In this document: positions 1-8,892 of the stretch, piece by piece
Layout: the number at the start of each line of letters is the position of its first letter
Numbering within the stretch: position 1 is the first letter of the stretch
Sequence record: SRR22947727_261
Reading direction: 5' to 3' (one strand)
DNA length: 20,000 nucleotides
Translations under genes and position numbers: made by a program
Notes under the pieces: model-generated
Database searches by the model: none
What the model was told of the DNA's origin: nothing
What the model saw: only the letters and a program-made list of their open reading frames with translations

Positions 1-620
1 ACAGTAAGTTTTATTCCATCAGCTCCATCTTTATAACGTTGCCTTACAGCAGTATATGCGTCATAAGGACCATTTATCACTCCATCTTCGGCTAAAGGGT
101 AATCATAAGAGTCAGAATTTTTTCCATTTGTGGGATCAGCATGACCTCCTGTAGTAGCAATACTTTTTCCCGATGTATAAATTCGGGGACCTTGAATCTG
201 AGAACTATTAATTAAATCTCTTAGAGAAATTGCTATTAAACCAGTATCGCCAACTTGTCGAACAGTAGTAAAACCAGCCTTTAGAGTTTTAAGAGCATGT
301 TTACTTGCTAAAATTGCACTTGTCTCGCGCTCAACTTTAACAGGTCGTTCAGATTTAGACTGATACTCTTGACCAAAATGTACATGCATATCCATTAACC
401 CAGGCATTAATGTTTTACCTCTTAGATCAAGCAGAACATCATCTTTTTCAATATCTATAAAACCTTTATCTATTGATGTAATTATTTTGTTATTAACTGT
501 AATAGAATAGTTTTTTTTGATGGTTCCAGAATTCACATCTATAAAGCCACTTGTATAGATAACTGTTTCCGAAAATAAAGATAATGATATTGAAAAGAGG
601 ATTGTATATATAAATTTCAT
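1..620 (-). CDS. Metal-dependent amidohydrolase superfamily protein (Xaa-Pro dipeptidase/prolidase-like), probably secreted; 3' end runs off the window
   Basis: Not in the ORF track; manual translation from ATG at 620: MKFIYTILFSISLSLFSETVIY...LDLRGKTLMPGLMDMHVHFG...AGFTTVRQVG...GPRIYTSGKSIATTGGHAD...KDGADGIKLT. Has the PG.DxHxH metal motif, GFTTVR and GGHAD, plus a signal-peptide-like N-terminus. Open to the window edge. Confidence 0.9.
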   Translation of the reverse strand, partial: MKFIYTILFSISLSLFSETVIYTSGFIDVNSGTIKKNYSITVNNKIITSIDKGFIDIEKDDVLLDLRGKTLMPGLMDMHVHFGQEYQSKSERPVKVERETSAILASKHALKTLKAGFTTVRQVGDTGLIAISLRDLINSSQIQGPRIYTSGKSIATTGGHADPTNGKNSDSYDYPLAEDGVINGPYDAYTAVRQRYKDGADGIKLT

Positions 621-644
621 ATATTTTATTCTACATGTCTATAT

Positions 645-673
645 AAAAAAAAATAGGGCTATAAAGCCCTATT
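645..673 (-). terminator. Rho-independent terminator of the etfBA operon
   Basis: Perfect 9-bp stem AATAGGGCT (652-660) / AGCCCTATT (665-673) with a 4-nt loop, followed on the minus strand by a T7 tract (A-run 645-651). It lies 46 nt downstream of the etfA stop. Confidence 0.85.
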
Positions 674-719
674 AATTAAAATATAAAAATATTTAACTCG
701 ATTGCTTGATTTATAAAGT

Positions 720-1649
720 CTAAAGTTTAGCTTCTAACTCAGGTAAAGCATCAAATAAGTCGCTGACGAGACCATAATCAGCCACCTGAAAAATAGGTGC
801 ATCTTCATCTTTATTTATAGCTACAATAACTTTTGAGTCTTTCATACCAGCTAAATGTTGGATAGCGCCTGAAATACCTACTGCTATGTAAAGATCAGGA
901 GCAACAATCTTACCAGTTTGACCTACTTGGTAGTCATTGGGAACAAAGCCTGCATCTACAGCAGCTCTTGAAGCGCCTACTGCTGCACCTAGCTTATCAG
1001 CGATTGAATCAAGTAGATGGAAATTATCTCCTGATTGCATCCCTCTTCCACCGGAAATAACAATATTAGCAGCAGTTAATTCAGGTCTATCACTTTTAGC
1101 TATCTCTTCAGAAACGAATTCACTAATATTGGATGCATCAACAGCATCGATTGATTCAACAGGTATATCATTATTATCAAGAGATACTGGATCAAAAGCA
1201 GTAGCTCTAACTGTAATTAATTTAACAGAATCGTTAGACTTTACTGTGGCTATACAACTTCCAGCATAAATAGGTCTTTTAAATGTGTCTTCTGATTCAA
1301 TTGAAATAATATCTGAAATCTGTTGAATATCTAGTTTGGCAGAAATTCTTGGCATTAAATTCTTACCAAATGTTGTTGCCGGCGCTAATATATAAGAATA
1401 CGAATCCGCAATACTTAGAACTAGTTTCGCAAAATCTTCAGCTAGAAAGTTTTTATATAATTCATGATCACAAGAAATTATTTTAGAAACTCCTGAGATT
1501 GTTTTAGCTTCATCTATAACTTTCGATATATCTAAGCCAGCAACCAATAATGTAACCTCATCATTTATGTTAGAAGCTGCTGCTATTGTGTTGAGGGTAG
1601 CTCCTTTTATTGAGGAATTATCATGTTCTGCAATTACCAATATACTCAT
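720..1649 (-). CDS. etfA: Electron transfer flavoprotein subunit alpha
   Basis: 309 aa with the FAD-binding C-terminal signature SGGRG...[11 protein letters not shown]...[29 protein letters not shown]. Overlaps etfB by ATGA. Confidence 0.98.
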   Translation of the reverse strand: MSILVIAEHDNSSIKGATLNTIAAASNINDEVTLLVAGLDISKVIDEAKTISGVSKIISCDHELYKNFLAEDFAKLVLSIADSYSYILAPATTFGKNLMPRISAKLDIQQISDIISIESEDTFKRPIYAGSCIATVKSNDSVKLITVRATAFDPVSLDNNDIPVESIDAVDASNISEFVSEEIAKSDRPELTAANIVISGGRGMQSGDNFHLLDSIADKLGAAVGASRAAVDAGFVPNDYQVGQTGKIVAPDLYIAVGISGAIQHLAGMKDSKVIVAINKDEDAPIFQVADYGLVSDLFDALPELEAKL

Positions 1650-2398
1650 GTGATCACCTTTGCTTCATTTTTAAGTTTTTCAACTAGCTCATCAACAGAC
1701 TCAACAATAATACCGGCATCTCTAGATGGCGGCAGTTCAACTGAAAGCAACTCCGTTCTTGGGTTAACATCTACACCTAGATCAGAAATACTAGTTACAG
1801 TTAAGTCTTTTTTCTTTGCTTTCATTATATTTGGTAATGAGGCATATCTTGGCTCATTAAGCCTAAGATCAGTTGTTACAACAGCAGGTTTATTTAATTG
1901 CAATGTTTGAAGACCGCCATCAATTTCTCTTGTTACAGTAACATTTGATTCATCTAGTTTAATTTCTGAAGCGTTCGTTGCTTGTGGATAATCAAGAAGA
2001 GCTGCAAGCATTTGACCTGTTTGATTATTATCACCATCTATGGCTTGCTTGCCTAATATTACTAGATCGGGATGCTCTTGTTCAACAACCTTTGCCAAGA
2101 CTTTTGCAATAGCTAAAGGTTCAAGCAATGAATCACTTTCAATCAAAATAGCTCTATCAGCCCCTAATGCCAGGGCTGTTCTTAATTGCTCTTGTGATTC
2201 AGTTTTGCCAACTGTAATAGCAATAACTTCTTCTGCATTACTAGCCTCTTTAATACGAACAGCTTCTTCCAAAGCAATCTCACAAAATGGATTAACAGAC
2301 ATTTTTGCATTATTTAAATCAACATTTGAGTTATCAGGCATTGGTCTGACTTTAACGTTGTAATCAACAACTCTTTTGATTGGAACTAATATTTTCAT
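1646..2398 (-). CDS. etfB: Electron transfer flavoprotein subunit beta
   Basis: 250 aa: [52 protein letters not shown]. Confidence 0.98.
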   Translation of the reverse strand: MKILVPIKRVVDYNVKVRPMPDNSNVDLNNAKMSVNPFCEIALEEAVRIKEASNAEEVIAITVGKTESQEQLRTALALGADRAILIESDSLLEPLAIAKVLAKVVEQEHPDLVILGKQAIDGDNNQTGQMLAALLDYPQATNASEIKLDESNVTVTREIDGGLQTLQLNKPAVVTTDLRLNEPRYASLPNIMKAKKKDLTVTSISDLGVDVNPRTELLSVELPPSRDAGIIVESVDELVEKLKNEAKVIT

Positions 2399-2434
2399 AA
2401 TTTATATATATATTTGTAGTAAATTTTGTGTCTT

Positions 2435-2492
2435 AGATTATAAATGATAGTTATAATCTGTAATACTGCACAATTGTAATTCCTTTTGTGCA
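2435..2492. promoter_or_regulatory. Divergent promoter region between etfBA and ETF-QO with back-to-back TATAAT boxes and two inverted repeats
   Basis: AGATTATAA(2435-2443)-N7-TTATAATCT(2451-2459) contains TATAAT on the minus strand (2437-2442) and on the plus strand (2452-2457). A second inverted repeat is TGCACAA(2467-2473)-N12-TTGTGCA(2486-2492). Confidence 0.5.
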
Positions 2493-2518
2493 TTTTACAA
2501 CAATATTTGAGGTTAAGT

Positions 2519-4150
2519 ATGGAAAGAGAAACTATGGAATATGATGTAGTTGTTGTTGGTGGTGGCCCTTCAGGGCTATCTACAGCAATTAAATTTGCTC
2601 AGATGAATAAGGAAAATGGTACCGATTATTCTATATGCTTACTTGAGAAAGGTTCTGAAATAGGAGCCCATATCTTATCGGGTAATGTATTTCAAACAAC
2701 TGCACTTGATGAATTAATTCCAAATTGGAAGGATTTAAATGCTCCATTAAATGTTCCAGTTAAAAAAGATAAACTTTTATTTCTTTTAGAAAAAATAAGC
2801 TTTCCAGTTCCTGCCTTTATTATGCCAACCATGAACAATCATGGAAATTATGTAATAAGTCTTGGTAATTTATGTAGATGGTTGGCTGAGCAAGCTGAAA
2901 ATCTTGGTGTGGAGATTTTTCCAGGCTTTCCTGCAAGTAAGTTAATTTATGAAGGGGATAATGTTGTAGGTGTTCAGACCGGAGATATGGGTATTGATGC
3001 AAATGGAGAGCTTAAGCCAGGTAATGAACCAGGAATTGAAATTAAAGCAAAATATACAATTTTAGGCGAAGGATGCAGAGGCCATTTAGGTAAAGAGGTT
3101 ATTGAAAAATTTAATCTATCTAAAGATAAAGATCCTCAACATTATGGAATAGGTTTTAAAGAAGTTTGGAAACTTCAAGAGGATAAACATGAAGAAGGTC
3201 TTGTTATTCATACTAATGGATGGCCAACCTCAACAGATACTCCTGCTGGATCATATTTCTATCATGGAGAAAATAAAGAAGCTTACATAGGCTTTGTAGT
3301 TCCTTTAGACTATAAAAATCCTCATCTAAGCCCTTTTGATGAATTTCAAAAATGGAAAACTCATCCATCAATAAAAAAATATCTTCAAGGAGCTGAAAGA
3401 ACATCCTATGGAGCTCGCGCATTAATTAAAGGTGGACTTCAATCTTTGCCAAAAATGGAATTCCCAGGTGGCCTATTGATTGGTGATAATGCAGGAACAC
3501 TTAATTTTTCAAAAATAAAAGGATCTCATACAGCAATGAAATCGGGTCTTATTGCAGGAGAACATGCTTATCAGAATCTCAATAATGAGATATCAACTGG
3601 AGTTTCTTATGATGATAAAATAAAAGATTCATGGTTGTATAAAGAATTATATAAGTCCAGAAATTTTGGCCCTATTTTTCATAAATTCGGAGCTTTAATT
3701 GGAGCTGCTTTTAATGTTATTGATCAATTTATATTTAGAGGAAATATGCCAATTACATTAAATCACCCTACTCCAGATTATGCATGTCTTAAAAAAGCTG
3801 ATGAGATGCCTAACATAGATTATCCAAAACCAGATGGAGTCTACTCATTTGATAAACTGTCTTCTGTATATTTATCAAATACCAATCATGAAGAAGATCA
3901 ACCGTGTCATCTTCAACTCAAAGACCCATCAATACCAATTAATGTTAATTTACCTTTATATGATGAACCTGCTCAACGATATTGTCCTGCAGGTGTTTAT
4001 GAGGTTGTTGAAAAGGATAATGAAAAAAAATTTGTAATTAATGCACAAAATTGTGTGCATTGTAAAACTTGTGATATTAAGGATCCATCTCAAAATATCA
4101 ATTGGGTAAGCCCTGAAGGGCCAGGCGGACCCAATTATCCAAATATGTAA
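2519..4150 (+). CDS. Electron transfer flavoprotein:ubiquinone oxidoreductase (ETF-QO)
   Basis: Start revised to ATG 2519 (MERETMEYDVVVVGGGPSG) with GAGG SD at 2509-2512. Has the FAD Rossmann motif, GAHILSG, IKGSHTAMKSG, and C-terminal [4Fe-4S] ligands CPAGVY...CVHCKTCDIKDP. Divergent from etfBA. Confidence 0.97.
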   Translation: MERETMEYDVVVVGGGPSGLSTAIKFAQMNKENGTDYSICLLEKGSEIGAHILSGNVFQTTALDELIPNWKDLNAPLNVPVKKDKLLFLLEKISFPVPAFIMPTMNNHGNYVISLGNLCRWLAEQAENLGVEIFPGFPASKLIYEGDNVVGVQTGDMGIDANGELKPGNEPGIEIKAKYTILGEGCRGHLGKEVIEKFNLSKDKDPQHYGIGFKEVWKLQEDKHEEGLVIHTNGWPTSTDTPAGSYFYHGENKEAYIGFVVPLDYKNPHLSPFDEFQKWKTHPSIKKYLQGAERTSYGARALIKGGLQSLPKMEFPGGLLIGDNAGTLNFSKIKGSHTAMKSGLIAGEHAYQNLNNEISTGVSYDDKIKDSWLYKELYKSRNFGPIFHKFGALIGAAFNVIDQFIFRGNMPITLNHPTPDYACLKKADEMPNIDYPKPDGVYSFDKLSSVYLSNTNHEEDQPCHLQLKDPSIPINVNLPLYDEPAQRYCPAGVYEVVEKDNEKKFVINAQNCVHCKTCDIKDPSQNINWVSPEGPGGPNYPNM

Positions 4151-5943
4151 TGTTTGAGAATCCTAAAAAAATAAATTTTTCAATTTTATCTATAATTTTA
4201 CTCTCATCATGTCAGAGCAATTATGAAGTTATTAAAGAGATTCCAGATTTCGCCATCGATGAAAATATAGAGTTTGAGAAGTATCTTTCAAATCAGTGGG
4301 AACAAAACTTAGAAGATAGTCCTATTTTTGCTTCACTTCTAGGAAATAAAAAATTTAATCAAGATATTACATCAAACAGTATTAAATCATTTGAAACTAA
4401 GAAACTTAAATTCAAGGAGAATTTAAAAAATCTAAATTCATTTGATTTTAAGCAACTAGATAGTGATAACAAATTAAATTATCAGCTAAAAGAAATAAGT
4501 CTCAAAAACTCCATAGAAGCATCAAACTATCCTTCTTATTATATGAGTCTTAATCAAAGAGGCGGAGTTCAAAGTTATTATGAAACTGGTGATAGGCTTG
4601 TTTATGAATCAAAGCAAGATTATGAGGATTGGTTAATAAGATTATCTAAATACGTTGATAACATAACTAATACGAAAAATAATCTTGAAGAGGGCTTGGA
4701 AAAAGGATATACACAGCCACAACTAGTTACTAAACAAGTTATCTCTCAAATTGACAATATGCTAAATTCAGATATTGAAAATAATCCTTATCTTAAAATT
4801 TTTTTAAAAGCCGATAATTCCTTTTTTAAAAAAGGTGAAAAAGAGGATTTAATAAATCGTGCTAAAGAATTAATTAAAATTAATATTATTCCCGCTTACA
4901 TTGACTTAAATAATTTTTTAAAAACTTATTATCTACCTAATTCAAGACAATCCATAGGGCTTAGTGCTGTTCCTGACGGAGCTTTATGGTATGAATATGC
5001 AGCAAGATATCACACAACAACAAATCTAACACCTGATGAGATACATAATATTGGTTTAAAAGAAGTTAAGAGAATCCGAGGTGAAATGGAACAAATTATT
5101 AAAGATTTGGTATGGGCTGGGGACTTTAAATCATTTCTTAATTATTTAAGGACAAGTCCAAGGTTTTATTTCGACAATCCTGACGATTTATTAAATGCAT
5201 ATCTAATAATGGCTAAATCAATAGATCCTTTATTGCCAAAAATTTTTAAGGTGTTTCCAAGAGCGCCATATGGTGTAATTCCAATACCAGCGGAATCAGC
5301 TCCCTTCACAACAACTGCATACTACAACTCTCCAGCTAAAGGCAGGCCTGGATATTTTTATGCAAATTTATATAAACCTGAATCAAGACCTAAGTATGAA
5401 ATACCTGTTTTAACAGTCCATGAGGCTGTACCAGGCCATCATTTTCAAATATCAATTGCTCAAGAACTAGAAAATGTACCTACATTTAGAAAATATCAAA
5501 GCTTTACAGCTTTTGTTGAGGGCTGGGGGTTGTATAGTGAAGAACTTGGTGAATTTATGAATTTATATGACGATCCATATGATAAATTTGGACAATTAAC
5601 TTATGACATGTGGAGAGCTATCAGGCTAGTTGTTGATACCGGGATTCATTATAAAAATTGGTCTAGACAGGATGCTATAGATCTTTTTTTAGAAAATACT
5701 GCTAAATCTAAACTTGATATAGAAAATGAAGTAGATAGATACATTGCTTGGCCTGGCCAAGCTTTGGCATATAAAATTGGCCAGCTAAAAATTCTTGAAT
5801 TACGTAATAAGGCTGAAAAAAAATTGGGTGATAAATACGATATTAAAGATTTTCATCATGAAGTTTTGAAAAGAGGCTCTCTTCCCTTAGATATTCTAGA
5901 ATTTTATATTAATGAGTGGATTGACGAATCTTTAAGTTCTTAG
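4150..5943 (+). CDS. DUF885 family lipoprotein (putative zinc metallopeptidase)
   Basis: 597 aa with lipobox LLSSC (Cys21) and motifs [48 protein letters not shown] typical of DUF885. Overlaps the ETF-QO stop by TAATG. Confidence 0.92.
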   Translation: MFENPKKINFSILSIILLSSCQSNYEVIKEIPDFAIDENIEFEKYLSNQWEQNLEDSPIFASLLGNKKFNQDITSNSIKSFETKKLKFKENLKNLNSFDFKQLDSDNKLNYQLKEISLKNSIEASNYPSYYMSLNQRGGVQSYYETGDRLVYESKQDYEDWLIRLSKYVDNITNTKNNLEEGLEKGYTQPQLVTKQVISQIDNMLNSDIENNPYLKIFLKADNSFFKKGEKEDLINRAKELIKINIIPAYIDLNNFLKTYYLPNSRQSIGLSAVPDGALWYEYAARYHTTTNLTPDEIHNIGLKEVKRIRGEMEQIIKDLVWAGDFKSFLNYLRTSPRFYFDNPDDLLNAYLIMAKSIDPLLPKIFKVFPRAPYGVIPIPAESAPFTTTAYYNSPAKGRPGYFYANLYKPESRPKYEIPVLTVHEAVPGHHFQISIAQELENVPTFRKYQSFTAFVEGWGLYSEELGEFMNLYDDPYDKFGQLTYDMWRAIRLVVDTGIHYKNWSRQDAIDLFLENTAKSKLDIENEVDRYIAWPGQALAYKIGQLKILELRNKAEKKLGDKYDIKDFHHEVLKRGSLPLDILEFYINEWIDESLSS

Positions 5944-6067
5944 ATTTTTTACATCTCTCACTGCAATATTTAACATTACCCCAGTCCCTCTCCCATTTTT
6001 TTCTCCATTTAAATTCTTTCTGGCAAGCTGAGCAAATTTTAGATGGTAATGTAATTTTTTTATGCAA
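5909..6067 (-). CDS. Small Cys-rich DUF2256-like protein (52 aa)
   Basis: Manual translation from TTG at 6067: [52 protein letters not shown]. The pattern LPxKxCxxC...F.WRKKW...W..VKYCS.RC matches DUF2256 as I recall it. Start overlaps the upstream DUF1285 stop by 8 nt. Confidence 0.88.
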   Translation of the reverse strand: MHKKITLPSKICSACQKEFKWRKKWERDWGNVKYCSERCKKSKNLKIRQSTH

Positions 6068-6593
6068 TTGTTCCTAGAGGGTAATGATTGGTTCCACTTC
6101 TAATATGAAGAACATTATCAATAATTATATTTTCCTTAAGTGCGATATCAACTAATTTATAGTAGGTTGCTCTATTAAAAAATCCTTCTATGGCATTTCT
6201 AACGTGTACTAGTGGAATGATATTATTTTCATAATTTATTAGTCTTGTCGAATTCTTATTATCTAATGCAAATGAGTAATCAAGATTAGTATGAAGAGTA
6301 ATAATATCATCACCAAGATCAAAGTCAGTAATAACATATGGTGCCAGATCGACGGATACAGGTACTTTTTCATGAGGAGTAATTAAGAAATATAATCCAT
6401 CATCATTTCTTAGGACTGAACTAAAAAGCTTAACTAATTTTATATTTTTTATAGGAGAGTTGTTGTAATACCAATCACCCTCTCTATCAATTGATATTTC
6501 TTGACCTTCGCACAACTGAGGATTCCAAAGATGGACAGGTGGAAAACCTGAATCATTAATTTTTATGTTATTAACTATTTTAGAAATACTCAT
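6060..6593 (-). CDS. DUF1285 family protein
   Basis: 177 aa with PPVHLWNP..C...[34 protein letters not shown], as in the DUF1285 family. Confidence 0.88.
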   Translation of the reverse strand: MSISKIVNNIKINDSGFPPVHLWNPQLCEGQEISIDREGDWYYNNSPIKNIKLVKLFSSVLRNDDGLYFLITPHEKVPVSVDLAPYVITDFDLGDDIITLHTNLDYSFALDNKNSTRLINYENNIIPLVHVRNAIEGFFNRATYYKLVDIALKENIIIDNVLHIRSGTNHYPLGTIA

Positions 6594-7185
6594 AGATTGA
6601 TTTTATAAAAATAAAAAGTCCAATAGAGCATAATATTAATGCCATTAGTTTATTTATTAGATTATTTCTTTCAATATTAAATGTATTAGAGCTTGATAAC
6701 AAATAACTCAAAAACATAAACCACAAAGCGGAGGTTATTGAAAAATATATAGGATAAATATAAAAAAATAATCCATCCATTGAATCAGTCAGTATAGAAA
6801 AAAGAGAAACAAAAAAAATAAAAGCTTTAATATTAAATATATTTGTTATTAATCCAGACGTGAAACTTCCGTAAAATGATGAAGAAGCAGCTTGATCATT
6901 TTCTTTGACGTTATTAGAAGGAAAAGCCATTCTAATACCTAGGTAGAAAATATAAATACTGCCTATTAAGCTTACTATTAGTTTATATAAATCATTTGTA
7001 ATAATAAAAAGTGAAATTCCATTGATTGCCAAAAGGCAATGTGCATAAATTCCAAAACCTATTCCAAATGCTGCATTTATACCCGCCCTTCTTCCATGAA
7101 GATTAACCTGCCTGATAATAATAGCTGTATCTGGGCCGGGACTAGTAAGAGCAATAAAATGCGCAATAGATGACCAGATAAACAT
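6580..7185 (-). CDS. LysE/RhtB family amino-acid exporter
   Basis: 201 aa, hydrophobic. Has N-terminal SPGPD, GRRAG...GI..G, G..Y..YLG and GLITNIFNIKA motifs. Confidence 0.9.
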   Translation of the reverse strand: MFIWSSIAHFIALTSPGPDTAIIIRQVNLHGRRAGINAAFGIGFGIYAHCLLAINGISLFIITNDLYKLIVSLIGSIYIFYLGIRMAFPSNNVKENDQAASSSFYGSFTSGLITNIFNIKAFIFFVSLFSILTDSMDGLFFYIYPIYFSITSALWFMFLSYLLSSSNTFNIERNNLINKLMALILCSIGLFIFIKSIYEYF

Positions 7186-7187
7186 GA

Positions 7188-8180
7188 TTAATTAATAATA
7201 TTTGGTTCTATTTCAAGGGATATGTTGAAGGTTTTGTAAACTATCTCATTTATATGAGATGCGAAATTTAAGACCTCTTGTTGAGTTGCCTTTCCGTTAG
7301 TTGTCAAAACTAATGAATGATTTTTATAAATTGAAACATTTTTAGGTAACGATAATTGATGTTGTATTAGCTCAATTAACCTTGCAGCACCAACTTTAAC
7401 TAAAGTATCAGAGTAGTCCCAAATTATTAATTTATCTTCACTAAAATACTCAAAATTAATTTGGTTTTTATGAATAATAGGATTTTTAAAAAAACTTCCA
7501 GCATTAAAAACATGATCTGGATTAGGTAAAGCTTTTGCTCTGACTTTAGATATTATCCTTGAAATATCTTGTTTATTTAAATTATCTGTATTGAAAGAAT
7601 TGTCATGCATGTATTTTTGTATGGATGCATAGTCAGGATTGATATTTTCTTTAAGATTAGATTTAAAGTTGAGGTTATAAATAAGATAATGTGAGTTTTT
7701 TAGAATAGAGTCTCTGTATGAAAATTTGCAATCTTTGTTATTAAGATTGATTTCCTTAAATGTTTTCAAACAAAAACAATCTATGCTCTCTATCAAACTT
7801 GAAACATCAGCACCATAAGCACCAATATTTTGAACAGGACTTGCACCAACGCTCCCTGGGATATCAATTAGGTTTTCAAAACCATTGATATCATTTTTGA
7901 TACAGAATTTAACTAGCTCTGTCCAATTGTATGCTGAGCCTACATTTAAGATGTTTTTATTAAGATTGATATGGTTAAAATCTGCTTTTAAAACTAGACC
8001 ATCATAAAAGGATGGAGGAACTATATTGGTGCCCTCTCCGTGAATAAAATATTTTTTATTAGATTTAATTAAATCGTGAATTTTATTTAGGTCTTCGATA
8101 TTTTGTAATTTTACTAAAAGCTTACACCTTGATTGAATACCAAGAGAGTTATCAATCAATGCATTTTCTTCAATTTTCAT
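7188..8180 (-). CDS. murB: UDP-N-acetylenolpyruvoylglucosamine reductase
   Basis: 330 aa: GEGTN (GxGSN-like), IPGSVGASPVQNIGAYG, FSYRDS, NAGSFFKNP (catalytic Ser), terminal LEIEP. Confidence 0.95.
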   Translation of the reverse strand: MKIEENALIDNSLGIQSRCKLLVKLQNIEDLNKIHDLIKSNKKYFIHGEGTNIVPPSFYDGLVLKADFNHINLNKNILNVGSAYNWTELVKFCIKNDINGFENLIDIPGSVGASPVQNIGAYGADVSSLIESIDCFCLKTFKEINLNNKDCKFSYRDSILKNSHYLIYNLNFKSNLKENINPDYASIQKYMHDNSFNTDNLNKQDISRIISKVRAKALPNPDHVFNAGSFFKNPIIHKNQINFEYFSEDKLIIWDYSDTLVKVGAARLIELIQHQLSLPKNVSIYKNHSLVLTTNGKATQQEVLNFASHINEIVYKTFNISLEIEPNIIN

Positions 8181-8892
8181 TAGTCAGCAAATAATTAATA
8201 GCTTGATCAACATCTTCTTGGGTATCGATGCCAGAGGGAATTTCATTTTTATAATGGGTCATATAAATTGAATAATTATTGTCCATAAATCTTAGCTGTT
8301 CTAGTTTATGAAATAATTCGTTTTTTGTTGGTTTTAGATTTACCAATTTTCTTAAAGTTTTCATTCTATATCCATAAATTCCTATGTGTCTCATAGATAA
8401 TTCATTGCTATTTAATGTTCTTTGAAAAGATTTTGCATAATTGTTTGAGTCACAATGAACTTTAACGCAATTAGAGTTTTTTAAGTCATCTGAGTTATTT
8501 ATTGGATGACAGGCACTTATAACATCACATGAGTTATTGTTAAAATCTTCTACAAGCTGAATCACTAAATCCTTGGGCATGAAAGGCTCATCACCTTGTA
8601 AATTTATTATAAGAGTATCATTGTTTATTTTAAGATTTTCAGCAGCTTCAAATACCCTATCAGTTCCTGATATATGTGCATCACTGGTCATAACAATATT
8701 TGTTGAAAAGGATTGGACATGTTCTAAAACTTCCTGAGAATCAGTTGCGATGTAAGTATTCTCTGTGATTGTTATTGAATTTTTAAAAACTCTTTCAATT
8801 AGGGACATGCCCTTAATATCTATTAGTGGTTTATTCTTTAATCTTGTCGAACCAATTCTTGCTGGAATAAGAATTGCAAAATTACTATTCAT
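8170..8892 (-). CDS. kdsB: 3-deoxy-manno-octulosonate cytidylyltransferase (CMP-Kdo synthetase)
   Basis: 240 aa: IPARIGSTRLKNKPL, SGTDR, INLQGDEP, RHIGIYGY, LEQLR, GIDT. Confidence 0.96.
   Translation of the reverse strand: MNSNFAILIPARIGSTRLKNKPLIDIKGMSLIERVFKNSITITENTYIATDSQEVLEHVQSFSTNIVMTSDAHISGTDRVFEAAENLKINNDTLIINLQGDEPFMPKDLVIQLVEDFNNNSCDVISACHPINNSDDLKNSNCVKVHCDSNNYAKSFQRTLNSNELSMRHIGIYGYRMKTLRKLVNLKPTKNELFHKLEQLRFMDNNYSIYMTHYKNEIPSGIDTQEDVDQAINYLLTNEN

Noticed and set aside
937-1269. 110-aa plus-strand ORF
   Set aside because: Antisense shadow of the highly conserved etfA, with no recognisable motifs.
1623-2363. Plus-strand ORFs 1623..1910 and 2040..2363
   Set aside because: Antisense to etfB/etfA, with composition typical of shadow frames.
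2486-2518. N-terminal extension of ETF-QO from TTG 2486
   Set aside because: ATG 2519 has a GAGG SD and gives the usual MERE.M.YDV start.
2820-4037. Short ORFs 2820..3002, 3213..3422 and 3834..4037
   Set aside because: Nested within ETF-QO in other frames, with no motifs.
5944-6059. Possible ncRNA or terminator in the apparent intergenic gap
   Set aside because: Fully explained by the DUF2256-like CDS, and no convincing hairpin is present.
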